Positions 10,289 through 20,506 of a stretch of 64,000 bases of DNA are shown here, piece after piece. This stretch comes from a virus. Made by a program: the position numbers and the translations under genes. The notes beneath the pieces were generated by a model that saw only the letters and a list, made by a program, of their open reading frames with translations, was not told the origin of the DNA and searched no databases. Position 1 is the stretch's first letter. Each line of letters opens with the position of its first letter. The DNA lies in the IMG/VR virus record IMGVR_UViG_3300045256_000653, positions 1 through 64,000 of that record, one strand, 5' to 3'.

Positions 10289-11098
10289 TCAGCGACCTCC
10301 CGTGATCTTGAAAAACAGCGCCACCTGTTCGGCTAGGACGCGTTCGACTTCTTCGTGATTCGCGTGGAAGGCGATCGGTGTTGCGAGACCCACGTCAGTG
10401 ATCCAGTGGGCGGTAAACTTGAAGGACGGGTTGCGCCCAAATTCGGGCTCCCGGTAGTGGTACTGTCCGCCCGTGGTTGGCCACGACGCGAGACCCTCAT
10501 TCAGACAGGCCAACATCAACTGGAGGTAGAACCGATCGTCCGAGTAGATCGGACAGCGCGTGCGCCGGTCGAGATACGCGCAGAAGAGAAACGAGAGCGG
10601 AATCATGGCCGCCAGCACGTCTTCCCCCAGCGGGTACTTGAGCTTGGTCGCGTGCTTGAGGATTCGACCCATTTCGATCTTCTGGTTCGCGATCCATTCG
10701 AGCGTGGGGAGCGCGATGAAGTTGGCGCCGGTCACATCGACCATGCCGGGGTCGAGCTGAAAAAGATCCGGCAGGAAAATCGTTGCGATCGATCCCTCCA
10801 GCTCGCGCTGCCACGTCAATTGATAGCCAGCGGACCGGAGAATTTCGAGGCGGTCTTCCTTGCGCGAGCGGTAACCGCTGGAGTGTCCAAAGGACACTTT
10901 GCGACCCGTAACGAGGTTCGCGGCAAACGGACGCATTTCTTGGTCGGAGCCGGCGAACATGGCCCATACAGGGCGCATGTTGTCAGTAGGAGTGCTCCCG
11001 CCAGTCCACAGAAGATCCGCCTCGATGGCCGCCAGGCAAAGGGCTTGAAATGTCCGCCCTTTTCCCTCGTGTTGCGGCTCGATGTAGACCTGTCTCAT
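10289..11098 (-). CDS. Hypothetical protein co-transcribed with the MTase-helicase
   Basis: ATG 9 nt after CGGTGTA. It abuts the downstream gene. Confidence 0.7.
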   Translation of the reverse strand: MRQVYIEPQHEGKGRTFQALCLAAIEADLLWTGGSTPTDNMRPVWAMFAGSDQEMRPFAANLVTGRKVSFGHSSGYRSRKEDRLEILRSAGYQLTWQRELEGSIATIFLPDLFQLDPGMVDVTGANFIALPTLEWIANQKIEMGRILKHATKLKYPLGEDVLAAMIPLSFLFCAYLDRRTRCPIYSDDRFYLQLMLACLNEGLASWPTTGGQYHYREPEFGRNPSFKFTAHWITDVGLATPIAFHANHEEVERVLAEQVALFFKITGGR

Positions 11099-11158
11099 GG
11101 TTCCTAGTACACCGCAAGTAGCCGCGATCAAAAGGGCCGGTGAGGGCACCAGTGCAGG

Positions 11159-11440
11159 TCATTCGCCCCACCAGGAAAGAAAGGCGTTCTGCTCCATTTC
11201 GATTGCATCCTCGTCCCGAAGGTGATCGAGAGCAGCTTGCACCGCCAAAACCCATTGCAATGAGGTGCGGTCGTGCTTGGCCTGACGGATGGCCAACCGC
11301 ATCTCGTTGGGGACCCGTTCCCAATGCTTTTCACACATGATCTGGCGGGGAGCGATCCGTCGCTGCGGGCACTCGGCGGCAGTCCGACAAGCCGGGCAGA
11401 TTACTTGTCCGGCTTGATCCCCAAGTTGTTTTCGAGCCAT
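11159..11440 (-). CDS. Small Cys/His (Zn-binding) protein
   Basis: CPAC..C..MCEKHW pattern. Confidence 0.55.
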   Translation of the reverse strand: MARKQLGDQAGQVICPACRTAAECPQRRIAPRQIMCEKHWERVPNEMRLAIRQAKHDRTSLQWVLAVQAALDHLRDEDAIEMEQNAFLSWWGE

Positions 11441-11616
11441 CGGATCGTTACCTCTGCTTTCTCGTCGCCGAATTCGTAGCGAAGACGCTGGTCCCAGCGT
11501 GCATCCCCCAGTGAGCCGATGTGGCGTAGCAAATACTGGATCCCCTCCTCGACCTCGCAGGGCGCTCCCCCGAAAGGGTCCGGGTGACGAAGGCGCTCGT
11601 AGACCGAAGCCATCAA
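11401..11616 (-). CDS. Small hypothetical protein
   Basis: Coupled to the upstream phosphatase stop. Confidence 0.5.
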   Translation of the reverse strand: MMASVYERLRHPDPFGGAPCEVEEGIQYLLRHIGSLGDARWDQRLRYEFGDEKAEVTIRWLENNLGIKPDK

Positions 11617-12554
11617 CGCACCACTTCGTCGGGGATGGGAGCGGGCGGCGTGATGTATTCGCGCTCGGCTTCCACTTGCACGAACTCCTTGAGTTCACCG
11701 TCCACGAGAATGGCGGCCGTTAGATGTCCGCCATAGCAGCATCCCGTGTCGAGGCCGACCATGGTCACGGTGCCGGTTGGCGTCTCGCGCGTGTCGATCC
11801 TCGGCTTTGTTCGCGAATGCACGGCGTGCCCGTAGAAGACGTTTTGCGGACCAGGCCAGACTTCCGTCCAGTAGACCGTGTTCGGAGGCTGTTCGAGCTT
11901 GTCTTCCTGGTAACCGACCATCTCGCCGGCAGCATCGAGATAGCGAATGCGGATGACGTGATCGCGTTTCTGTTCGCTCAGGGGCTTGGGTTCGAATCCC
12001 GCGTGGACTCCAAGACAGTTGGGTGCGATCTCCATCCACAACGGAGCGGCCTTGAGCCACGCCACATCCTCTTCGGACAGGCCGCGCCATTCTGCCTTGC
12101 GCTCTTCCGGAATGCCGCGCCGAGGTTTCTTCTCGGGCTTCGGTTGCTCCGGAGGTTTGGGCTTCGCCGCTTCCGCTGCCCTCTTCGCGGCACGCTCTTC
12201 CCGAATGAGGAGCTGCGCCGCTTGCAGGATGGGCATGGCTAGCATGCGTCGAGGTGGTGGGTCTGCCGGCTTTTTCTCCGGCTGCGGCTCCATCGGGTTG
12301 ATGAGGCTTGGATCCTCGGCTCGCCGCTTCTCGTATCCGAGCCAGCGAAGCGCTTTCTCCTCGTGGTTGCCCAAGACGATTTGGGCGCCTTGTTCCCGTG
12401 CGAATCTGACCACACCGACTGGATCGGGTCCGCGATCGATGAGGTCTCCCAAGATTACCAGGCGATCATCGCCCGGCACGTACCCCACCTTCCGCAGTAG
12501 CGCCTGCAACTCACGCAAGCACCCGTGGGGGTCTCCTATTGCAATTGTTCTCAT
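11613..12554 (-). CDS. Calcineurin-like metallophosphoesterase (ApaH/PrpE/Pnkp-like)
   Basis: GDPHG, GDLIDRG, GNHE, VHAG, YGH and LDTGC motifs. Confidence 0.9.
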   Translation of the reverse strand: MRTIAIGDPHGCLRELQALLRKVGYVPGDDRLVILGDLIDRGPDPVGVVRFAREQGAQIVLGNHEEKALRWLGYEKRRAEDPSLINPMEPQPEKKPADPPPRRMLAMPILQAAQLLIREERAAKRAAEAAKPKPPEQPKPEKKPRRGIPEERKAEWRGLSEEDVAWLKAAPLWMEIAPNCLGVHAGFEPKPLSEQKRDHVIRIRYLDAAGEMVGYQEDKLEQPPNTVYWTEVWPGPQNVFYGHAVHSRTKPRIDTRETPTGTVTMVGLDTGCCYGGHLTAAILVDGELKEFVQVEAEREYITPPAPIPDEVVR

Positions 12555-12588
12555 GGTGTCACAGACGTTCGCGAAGGTGGCCCCGGAC

Positions 12589-12921
12589 TCAATTCGGTAG
12601 GATGTTGAGGACTTGCATGATGTCGTCTTCCGTTGCGGGCCATCCGCGTGTCCGCGCGACGTCCCACTGTTCTCGGGAGAGGAGCATGCAAGCCTTTTCT
12701 ACCCCGATCACCATGCTGCCCCCATCCGGGAACTGCTTTGAGTAGGTGATCGTGTTCCGGAAGCCATCACCTTCCGCCTGGGAAGGCAGAACTTCGCTGT
12801 AGAGCACCAGATCGTATTCGGGGAGGAACCACAGGAAGTAGCAGCCCTCGCAAATTTCTCTTTGCCATTCCGCATGTTTTGCGGCGCTGGCGATCGTCAG
12901 AGTTGTCAGCATACCCCTCAT
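12589..12921 (-). CDS. Hypothetical protein
   Basis: Part of the co-directional gene run. Confidence 0.55.
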   Translation of the reverse strand: MRGMLTTLTIASAAKHAEWQREICEGCYFLWFLPEYDLVLYSEVLPSQAEGDGFRNTITYSKQFPDGGSMVIGVEKACMLLSREQWDVARTRGWPATEDDIMQVLNILPN

Positions 12922-12952
12922 ACCTCCGACGACCCCGCGATCAAGCGGATGG

Positions 12953-13378
12953 TCAGGAAGTCAGGGCTTTCTGCGCCTCTGCTTCTTTCTCCAGCTCTTC
13001 CTTCGTGAGTTTTTCCGCCTTGTGGATCGCGCGGATCAACGGGAAGAAGTAGACCTTGATCGAGGTGTTGATGTCGAACGAGGCGACGACGGATTTGAGA
13101 ATCGCGTAGGCTTCGTCCGAGATGAGGACTTTCGAGCCCTCTTTCAGGAGCGGATTCTCCATGTCCTTGTCCGCAGCGTCGTATTCGCGGAATGAGGACA
13201 TGACCTCGATCGCAGCGTCGGCAGCTTCGAGCGTCGTCTGCCATTCTTTGGACGCCGAGAGCCAGTGCCGGATGAAGTTTGGGAGGCTCACCGAGGGCTT
13301 TTGCTTCTTGCCTTTGACCTCCACCTCGTCGGCATTTTCGATCTCGATGGGTGCGGGAATGGTGATTCGGCGGGGCAT
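12953..13378 (-). CDS. Hypothetical protein
   Basis: AGGAG SD and upstream CGGTGTA, protein-like composition. Confidence 0.7.
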   Translation of the reverse strand: MPRRITIPAPIEIENADEVEVKGKKQKPSVSLPNFIRHWLSASKEWQTTLEAADAAIEVMSSFREYDAADKDMENPLLKEGSKVLISDEAYAILKSVVASFDINTSIKVYFFPLIRAIHKAEKLTKEELEKEAEAQKALTS

Positions 13379-13400
13379 GGGATCTCCTGTGGCGCGGCGC

Positions 13401-13742
13401 TTACACCGGCAGAATGGCGGCGATCTGCTTATCGACGATCGATCCCACCGGGGTGCCGGGGTAGTTCGAGTTCGGATCGGTCGTCACCCAGAAGACGAAC
13501 CCCGCTCCGGTGTCTTTCGCGCGCATTTTGTAGGTCTTCGGAGCCCTCGGAATGCCGACAGTGTTGGTAGCGTTGACCGTGGTAACCGGCGTGAGATCGG
13601 GTTTGCTGACGTCCTTCACGGTTACGGGGAAGCCGTAGGAGCCCTTTGAAGAGGGGATGGCACCGGTCACACCTCCAGCGGGATCCACCTTGGAGGACGT
13701 CGATTGAAACTGGAGAACGATTCCCTGATCGGTCGAAGCCAT
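13401..13742 (-). CDS. Putative virion protein
   Basis: Start overlaps the upstream stop (TAATG). It ends the structural cassette. Confidence 0.6.
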   Translation of the reverse strand: MASTDQGIVLQFQSTSSKVDPAGGVTGAIPSSKGSYGFPVTVKDVSKPDLTPVTTVNATNTVGIPRAPKTYKMRAKDTGAGFVFWVTTDPNSNYPGTPVGSIVDKQIAAILPV

Positions 13743-15160
13743 TACTGCACCGGCGTCGTAGATCCGTCGTAGGGGCCCACTGCGATGGCGGGCTGGTTGG
13801 TCGTCGCGACGAACGTACACAACCATTGCTTGCTGTCGTAGGTGTCGTACGTGCTTCCAACGGTGAAGCACGAGATCCAACGGCAGCGACCTTTCACCTG
13901 TCGTGTCGCATTCGTGATGCTCGTGACTCCGGTAGTCTGAATGGTCAGCGGCTCACGAATCAGAGGGAGGGTCGTGGCAGGCGAAGCAACGGCTTTCATC
14001 GCACCGCTCAGGCCGCCGTTGCTGAGCATGTATGTGTTTCCCAGGGGCGTGTATTGGAGTGACCCCGTGTACCCGTTGATGGTGTCACGCGTCGTAACGG
14101 TGTTCCCACGAGACTGGTACCCGAAGAAGAAGGGGTTGTTGCTGCTGAAGATGGAGCCGTTCTGAAACGTGACGCTGGTCGCGCTGCTGGTCGTGCTCTG
14201 GCCGGTCCAGGTGGAAAACGATTGAGAAATTTGGGAGGTCATGAAGATATAGGGGTCGCAGTCGCCTGGCTCCGTATCGTCCAAGCGGGACAACACGATG
14301 CCGGAGCATCCGTTTGAGATCGTGCTGTTTGAAAGCACGCAGTAGAAGCTGCCGTCAGCGGAGACCCCTGTTGCAGCGACGGCATTGACGCACGCAATCT
14401 GGGCGTTCGTCTGAAAGCTGGCCGTGTTACCAAACCACGAATCGACGGTCGTAGACCCGCCCGTGCCGCGAACGGCGATGGCCTTTGGTGACGTGGCGAG
14501 CGTGTTCCCAGTTCCGCCACCCCACGGCGGAACCGACGCAGTACAACCAGCGGACGCAGCCATCGTCGTAAAGAGCTGGGCGGACTCTCCCGACACATCG
14601 AAGACGCCGTAGAAGATTTGGCCGTTGACCGTGCTGCCTGCCGTGCTCTTGGAAAACACGACCTCGCGGACGAACGTAACGATCGTGCCCGTTGGGACCA
14701 TCGTGGCTCCCGAGGTTGCGCCGGTGATCGTGTGGCTGTTGTCGAACGTCCCCGTGCGAGGGAGGACCACTGCCCAGCCTGAAAGGCCAACGGAGTCCCA
14801 GATGAATCCGACCAGCTCACCCTCGGCCGCCGATGTTGCCTGTGTGATCGTTTCGCCACGAACCGGAACGCCGGTGGGGGCCGCGTTCAGAGGGATCTTC
14901 AAGACCGAAGGACCCCTAAGAACAATCCAGCCGTTCGACGAATCGCTGAGAGAGTTCACGGGATAGGCGTCGGCCGTGGGGTCGGCGTTGCCACCCCACT
15001 TGTCGTTCGATTGCGTGCCGGTCGTATCCTTCGTGGTCCCGTCCGAGCTGGCCATCGTGGTCCAACCGGCCGCCTTCATGATTCGCGAGAGCTTCCAGAC
15101 GCACTGGAAGACGTTCGTTGCCGAAGGGATGGGGAAATTGGTTGCGAATTTGTTGGCCAT
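13742..15160 (-). CDS. Putative virion/tail protein
   Basis: Thr/Ser/Gly-rich beta composition, GETITQATSAAEG repeat-like motif. Confidence 0.65.
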   Translation of the reverse strand: MANKFATNFPIPSATNVFQCVWKLSRIMKAAGWTTMASSDGTTKDTTGTQSNDKWGGNADPTADAYPVNSLSDSSNGWIVLRGPSVLKIPLNAAPTGVPVRGETITQATSAAEGELVGFIWDSVGLSGWAVVLPRTGTFDNSHTITGATSGATMVPTGTIVTFVREVVFSKSTAGSTVNGQIFYGVFDVSGESAQLFTTMAASAGCTASVPPWGGGTGNTLATSPKAIAVRGTGGSTTVDSWFGNTASFQTNAQIACVNAVAATGVSADGSFYCVLSNSTISNGCSGIVLSRLDDTEPGDCDPYIFMTSQISQSFSTWTGQSTTSSATSVTFQNGSIFSSNNPFFFGYQSRGNTVTTRDTINGYTGSLQYTPLGNTYMLSNGGLSGAMKAVASPATTLPLIREPLTIQTTGVTSITNATRQVKGRCRWISCFTVGSTYDTYDSKQWLCTFVATTNQPAIAVGPYDGSTTPVQ

Positions 15161-15165
15161 GGGGA

Positions 15166-17622
15166 TTACTCGTAGGTGACTTCGAGGCGTGCGTTGCTGA
15201 GGGTGGCAGCATCGGTCCCGCCGCCACCGGTAATCCAAACGCGGACCGAGTACATCTTGTTGTCTTTCAGATTGCCGGCGGCAGCGCCGAGCGTGAGCGT
15301 CGCGCTGACCTCCGAAGGGCCAGCGTTCGTTGTTGTGAGGCTCGTGCCGGTCACGGTCTCAGCATCCGTCTCGTTGTACAGATCGACGTGCGCCGTACCG
15401 GCCGTAGTTTCGAGCGTTGCCTTGAAACGCACTGTCCTGTTGAGCGCGCCGAGCGTCGAGGCGTAGCGGGATGTGAGAACAATCCTGGACGCGGCCCGTT
15501 GGGGCGTCGTCGTGGTGTTGCTCACTGCATTCGCGTCGAGGACCAGCTCGTTGTAGACGAACGGCGCCGTGTTCGGGAACGACGTCGGTGTCCACGCCGA
15601 ACCGTTCCATCGGAGCAAGTCTCCAGTTGACGGGACACCCGCACCCACCGCGTGCGTCTGCAAAGCTACGACGGTAGCGTTGTTCGTGGTGCCGGTGAGG
15701 TCACCCCCGACGACGGTGGGCCCGCCGCTTCCGCCAACGGGCTGGCGAGCGTAGTGGCGGTACTTCGCCCGGAGGTACGCTTCGACGCGCGAGCACTCCT
15801 CGGTCGTGAGAGCACGATTGAAGACGATCACCTCGGCCCAAGAGAAGGCGCCTGCTGTAGCGCCCGCGCTGTCCGCGCCGATGGCGAAGATGTCGTTCGT
15901 GGTTCCGGTTCCCGGATCACCCGTCGAAACGCCGTTGGTCGTAGCGAACTGCGTTCCGTTCATGAACGCAACGTGACCCGCGTGCGTGCCGTCCATCGAG
16001 ACGCGGATCGTCTTGGGAGTGCTACCGAAGGCGCCCCACGTGCCGTTTTCGTTCCAGGTGGAGGAACCCGTTCCGTTTCGGTTGCCCGCGAAGATTGCTG
16101 GGGTTGCTCCGAAGAGGTAGTCCTGCACGGCTCCGCGCGTCCAGAAGTATTTGCCGGCGACCGACAGGCCAGTGGACACCATGAAGACCGTGAACGTCCC
16201 CAGGGTAAAGGCCGTGGTGGCCAAGAAATCGTCAACGCCGTCGTGCGTGATCGCCGGATAGCCAGAGAAGGCGGCCGAGTTCAGAGTGAGCGACGGTTGT
16301 TTTGTTGTGGTGAGCTGGTTCAGGTGGTGGCCATTACCGCTCTGGTCGGCTACCTGCGAGAGGTTGCCCGTCGTGATGTCGCGCGTGAGCCCGGTGTCAC
16401 TCTTCCACCATGCCGTGAGCCCCGTGATGTTCGAGGGCATCTCGACACGTTCGCCTTCGATCGTGATGAAGCCCTGGACTGGAATCGAGCCAGCCGCCGA
16501 GGTGTCGAGTGCGAACGTCTGTCCGAGATAATTCGATGGCCCTTGGCACTCGATCATCTCGAAGAGGAGCGGTGCCGTTGTGAAGACGATCGATTTCGGG
16601 GTCGCCGAGATGGATGTCGTGTCCCATCCTTGGGCGTGGCAACGTTCGAGCTTGAGGTGATCGACCTGGGCCGCCAGGCGCATCGCGCGAACGCCACCGA
16701 AGGCCGCCTGGTATGTGAAGGTGACTTCTTCTAGGACCAGCGAACGGACAGGGCTGTCCACTCGAATGCCGTCGCCGCTTCCTGGAGTCGGGCAGTTGAA
16801 GTAGCAGCGTTCGAGCTTGATGTGATCGAACGAGGGTTGATGGAACCCCGCCGCTTTGATCCACACCTGACCTTGGAGGGCCACCTCATCGAAGAAGCAG
16901 TCGCGGATGATCGTGCTTCCGACCGGGTGCTGTCCCGGGAGAGGATCTGCGACATGCCCACTGAGGAGGATCCACGCCTTGTTGGCACCAATCGTCTTCG
17001 AATACGAGACGCCAAGAAACGAATCGAAGTCGTCGAAGCGGACATTCTCAATGACCGATTCTTGTGCACCGACGACGAGCACGCCGCAGTCACTCACAGC
17101 CGCAGCGCAGCAACCGTGAAACTGCATGTTGCTGACGCGTGCGTGAACGGCGTCAATCCCGAGTGCTCCGGTGTCGAGAGACTCGGTTCGGATGCCCCAG
17201 AACGACATGTTCTCGGCTTCCCAAGATTTTCCGCTCAGGTAGAAGGCCGAGGCCGCATCGAGACCCGAACCGGACGGAGGGTCGCCGATGACAGTGAGAT
17301 TGCAGATCCGTCCACGTGCGTTCTCGTTCTGGAGAAGGCACATGTGGTGCCCCTTGTCCAGACTCGGAAGCTGCATCTTGATGACTGCCCCGTTTCCTTC
17401 GAGGCTGATGTATGCCGGGCCGTTCGAAGCGAGGAAGTCCGTCGAGACAAAGGATACCCAATTCCAAACGCCGCCATCCCTGGGGAAGGGGATGTGTACC
17501 GTTGATCCGCCGACCGTCGTCGCAGAAGAGAGCGCAGCACCAACACCGATGCCGATGTCCGCTTGGGTCCCCCCAAATTTGCGAACGTCAAAGACCTCGA
17601 TGCTGTTCGACTTGTTGCTCAT
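15166..17622 (-). CDS. Tail spike/fibre: beta-helix plus LamG/ConA-like domain
   Basis: N-terminal VFDVRKFG, then AWWKSD..DQSGNGHHL..EVIVFNRALT..VEAYL LamG-like motifs. Confidence 0.7.
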   Translation of the reverse strand: MSNKSNSIEVFDVRKFGGTQADIGIGVGAALSSATTVGGSTVHIPFPRDGGVWNWVSFVSTDFLASNGPAYISLEGNGAVIKMQLPSLDKGHHMCLLQNENARGRICNLTVIGDPPSGSGLDAASAFYLSGKSWEAENMSFWGIRTESLDTGALGIDAVHARVSNMQFHGCCAAAVSDCGVLVVGAQESVIENVRFDDFDSFLGVSYSKTIGANKAWILLSGHVADPLPGQHPVGSTIIRDCFFDEVALQGQVWIKAAGFHQPSFDHIKLERCYFNCPTPGSGDGIRVDSPVRSLVLEEVTFTYQAAFGGVRAMRLAAQVDHLKLERCHAQGWDTTSISATPKSIVFTTAPLLFEMIECQGPSNYLGQTFALDTSAAGSIPVQGFITIEGERVEMPSNITGLTAWWKSDTGLTRDITTGNLSQVADQSGNGHHLNQLTTTKQPSLTLNSAAFSGYPAITHDGVDDFLATTAFTLGTFTVFMVSTGLSVAGKYFWTRGAVQDYLFGATPAIFAGNRNGTGSSTWNENGTWGAFGSTPKTIRVSMDGTHAGHVAFMNGTQFATTNGVSTGDPGTGTTNDIFAIGADSAGATAGAFSWAEVIVFNRALTTEECSRVEAYLRAKYRHYARQPVGGSGGPTVVGGDLTGTTNNATVVALQTHAVGAGVPSTGDLLRWNGSAWTPTSFPNTAPFVYNELVLDANAVSNTTTTPQRAASRIVLTSRYASTLGALNRTVRFKATLETTAGTAHVDLYNETDAETVTGTSLTTTNAGPSEVSATLTLGAAAGNLKDNKMYSVRVWITGGGGTDAATLSNARLEVTYE

Positions 17623-18749
17623 GGATAGATCACGCTCGTGTAGCCGTTGACCTTCTCGATGCCATAGGAGGGCGTTGCCAAGGAGGTGTCGAGCGTGTAG
17701 CCCTCACACTCGTTGATCTCGACGTATGTCGGTGCCGGCGACGTCCACTGAATCTTCTTGCCCCCCGTCTTGAACTTGAGCAGGCGCGCGATGAACCGGT
17801 CGCAATCGCCCACCTTGATGACGACATCTCCAGCAGGAGAATTGCCGAAGTCACAGTTGTCCACTTCGAGGTTGCGGCAGAAGTCTGCGACGATGCAGGG
17901 GTTACCCGAACCCGGATTGAACGCGCAACCGGTGACCTGACCGTGATCGATGACGAAGCTTCCAGTAGGAAGAATGCCGATACATCCAGCAGGGACGCTC
18001 GATTCGAAATAGCACTGCTCAACCTTCACACCACCGTACGCCGTGACAGCGCCGTCGAGACCCTGGTTGGCCAACCAGAGCCACATGTTACCCGAGCTTC
18101 CAGACTTCGAAGTGAGAGACACTCCAGCGATGACCGCTTCTCCGATTTGGAAACGGCAGCCCTTGACGACGCAGGAGTCACGGAGCCCGCTGATAGAGAG
18201 AACGCCGCCTTGAAGGGCGGTCCCCGCGTAGTCGCAGCCTTTGAAAAGACAGCCCTCCACTAGAGCGGTGTCCGCAACGATTCGGGCGATCCCGTAGTTC
18301 GTTGCGTTGCAACTGAGTCCCAAGAACTGGCAGTCCCTCAAGATGCCTGTACGAGCTTGATTGATCGTCACGACGTTCGGCACATTCACGCCGGGCGCCG
18401 GGTTGCCGGTGAAGATCAAATCTTCGACGACGATCATCGCGTTCGAGTTTCCGACTTGTAGAAGGGAGACTCCCGCGAGGGGCGCTTGAATGATCGTCCG
18501 ACCTCGCATCCCACAAACCGTGATGCTCTTGTCGTTGTTGCAGTCGATGTTGACGAAGGTGGTCCACCCCCATTGGAGGGCGTCTGCACGAGGCGGGATG
18601 TAGATGACCCCGCCACCGTCCGCAATCGCAGCATTTCCGGCTGCCTGGACGGCCGGTCCGATGTCGGTCGGCGAAGAAAGCGCCCCGAATTTACGAATGT
18701 CGAATACCTCGACACTGTGGCTGGTCAGGACGCTCATGGGCTCGTCCAT
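17619..18749 (-). CDS. Pectin-lyase-like beta-helix tail spike protein
   Basis: VFDIRKFGA..DIGPAVQAA..GGVIYIP glycosidase-spike start, with Cys ladder. Confidence 0.7.
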   Translation of the reverse strand: MDEPMSVLTSHSVEVFDIRKFGALSSPTDIGPAVQAAGNAAIADGGGVIYIPPRADALQWGWTTFVNIDCNNDKSITVCGMRGRTIIQAPLAGVSLLQVGNSNAMIVVEDLIFTGNPAPGVNVPNVVTINQARTGILRDCQFLGLSCNATNYGIARIVADTALVEGCLFKGCDYAGTALQGGVLSISGLRDSCVVKGCRFQIGEAVIAGVSLTSKSGSSGNMWLWLANQGLDGAVTAYGGVKVEQCYFESSVPAGCIGILPTGSFVIDHGQVTGCAFNPGSGNPCIVADFCRNLEVDNCDFGNSPAGDVVIKVGDCDRFIARLLKFKTGGKKIQWTSPAPTYVEINECEGYTLDTSLATPSYGIEKVNGYTSVIYP

Positions 18750-18776
18750 GCCCGCCGATAAGAGGGCTATCCGGCG

Positions 18777-18998
18777 TCAGTCGGATGAGTCGCAGTCGCT
18801 GCACACGGGGGAGCCATCGACAGGCTGCGGCACGGGACGTCCACCAATGAGGGACCCGCATTTCGTCCGCTTGAGTCCGCGCAGTAGGGGATGCCAGGGT
18901 CGTCCAGCGGCCCGTACCTCCTGCTCGATCTCTTCAAAGGTGGGCTGGTCGGGGTGCAGTTTGCACCACTCCTCATCGTTTTTGATGTAGTTGCTCAT
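18777..18998 (-). CDS. Small Cys-rich protein
   Basis: ATGA-coupled to the upstream gene, WH...CG...CSDC. Confidence 0.5.
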   Translation of the reverse strand: MSNYIKNDEEWCKLHPDQPTFEEIEQEVRAAGRPWHPLLRGLKRTKCGSLIGGRPVPQPVDGSPVCSDCDSSD

Positions 18999-20500
18999 CC
19001 GATGTTGAATTCCTTGTAGACGTGCGCGTCGTGCGGCCAGTCGTGCATGTTGTCTTTGCCGGCACCCGATAGAGCTGCCCAAGAAGTTGGAACGCCCTCT
19101 GTGTTGAGGCCGGTAGCGGTGTCGTAGGCGGCAGCGGTCGTCCGGCCACAAAGCTGGTAGCCGCCGCCAGCCGGATCGGTTGCGCCCTTGATGTAGAATT
19201 TGGTCGAGTCCGAATAGGCGAGGCGAGAGCGATCGGTGATCTGGGCTCCGGTCGTATTCGCGACGGATGACGATCCCCAAAGTCCTTGCAACCCATAGAA
19301 GGCAGACGCCACGCGCGCCCTGGCCTCTCGCTCAACGATCAAACCCCCGTTGAAGAAGCTGCTTGCGGGCCAGTCGAAGACCCCACAATCCTCGATGGTC
19401 AACATCGAGCCGTGTTGATGGGCGAACACGGCCGCGTCCGCAACACCCGTCGATTGGACGATCGTTTCACCAGCTAGGACGAGTATCCCGCCAAAGTCGC
19501 ACGCGAGCCCTGCGAGAAAAAGACAGGCATCCGCAAAGTCCCCGTTCGGAGGCATCTCGCGCCAGAAGGTGAGATTCGTGAAAATGCAGCTCTGTTGATA
19601 CCCGAACGTGTTGTACGCATCGATGGAGAACGGCAAGCCGGTGAAGACCCACGTCCTTGTAAAGCCTGCCGGGACCGAATCGGAGAAGCGGCAGTTCGTG
19701 AAGACAGCATTGAGTCCTTCACGATGGAAGTGCCCGGCAAACGCCGAAGAGGATTGGCTGGCCACCGCAAAGTCGTAGTCACGGAACGCAACAAAGTCGT
19801 ACGGCGGGGCGCTTGCCAAAGACCCGATAGCCTGCCCGCGACACCGAACGTAATCGATCTCCAGTTGTCCAGGAGCTTGCAACACCTGGTAGGGATCCCC
19901 GGCTTGCGGAGTGGTGAACGTGTTGATGAGGTTTGTTGTGTCGGGAACGGCCCATCCACTGGTTCGAACGTTCGTCGCAGACAGAATCTTCGCCACAGCG
20001 GATCGCGAGCCCGCACGGGCGCCCGAGGGAATGAAGAGACGCAACCCCACGTCTGTGGAATCGAAGTCCTGAGTTCCGGGATTGTTCTTGGTAACGTTCC
20101 AAGGCGTGTTCGTTGAGCGGACGCGCGTCGTGATAGCTCCAAGCGTGCCGCTCTTCTTCACGGTGAGCGCTGGCGCCTGGAAGACGATTTGCAGAGGTCC
20201 CGAGGGATTCATCTGCTGGAGATCCAAGTCCAGGCGCAGCGGGTCGGCGCCGATTGGCGGATAGACCTGGTGCGTGATCGTCAGGTTGCTCGTAATCGGA
20301 TTGTGCGAGATGCGACGTGCAAGCTCCTTGTGTGATTTGATTGGCGCGAGCGCCGTGCCGGAGTTCTTATCGTCGCCGGTGTTCCAGTTGATGTAGATCG
20401 AAGACGTTGCAAGGGAAGCAATGCCGACGGTCGCATCCCAACACTTCCGGTTGTCCACCGAAAGGTCGTGCATCAGATTTTTGTTGGGGATGCTCGGCAT
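18995..20500 (-). CDS. Tail fibre/virion protein, paralogue family
   Basis: YINWNTGDDKNSG motif shared with neighbours. Confidence 0.65.
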   Translation of the reverse strand: MPSIPNKNLMHDLSVDNRKCWDATVGIASLATSSIYINWNTGDDKNSGTALAPIKSHKELARRISHNPITSNLTITHQVYPPIGADPLRLDLDLQQMNPSGPLQIVFQAPALTVKKSGTLGAITTRVRSTNTPWNVTKNNPGTQDFDSTDVGLRLFIPSGARAGSRSAVAKILSATNVRTSGWAVPDTTNLINTFTTPQAGDPYQVLQAPGQLEIDYVRCRGQAIGSLASAPPYDFVAFRDYDFAVASQSSSAFAGHFHREGLNAVFTNCRFSDSVPAGFTRTWVFTGLPFSIDAYNTFGYQQSCIFTNLTFWREMPPNGDFADACLFLAGLACDFGGILVLAGETIVQSTGVADAAVFAHQHGSMLTIEDCGVFDWPASSFFNGGLIVEREARARVASAFYGLQGLWGSSSVANTTGAQITDRSRLAYSDSTKFYIKGATDPAGGGYQLCGRTTAAAYDTATGLNTEGVPTSWAALSGAGKDNMHDWPHDAHVYKEFNIG

Positions 20501-20506
20501 GACTTC

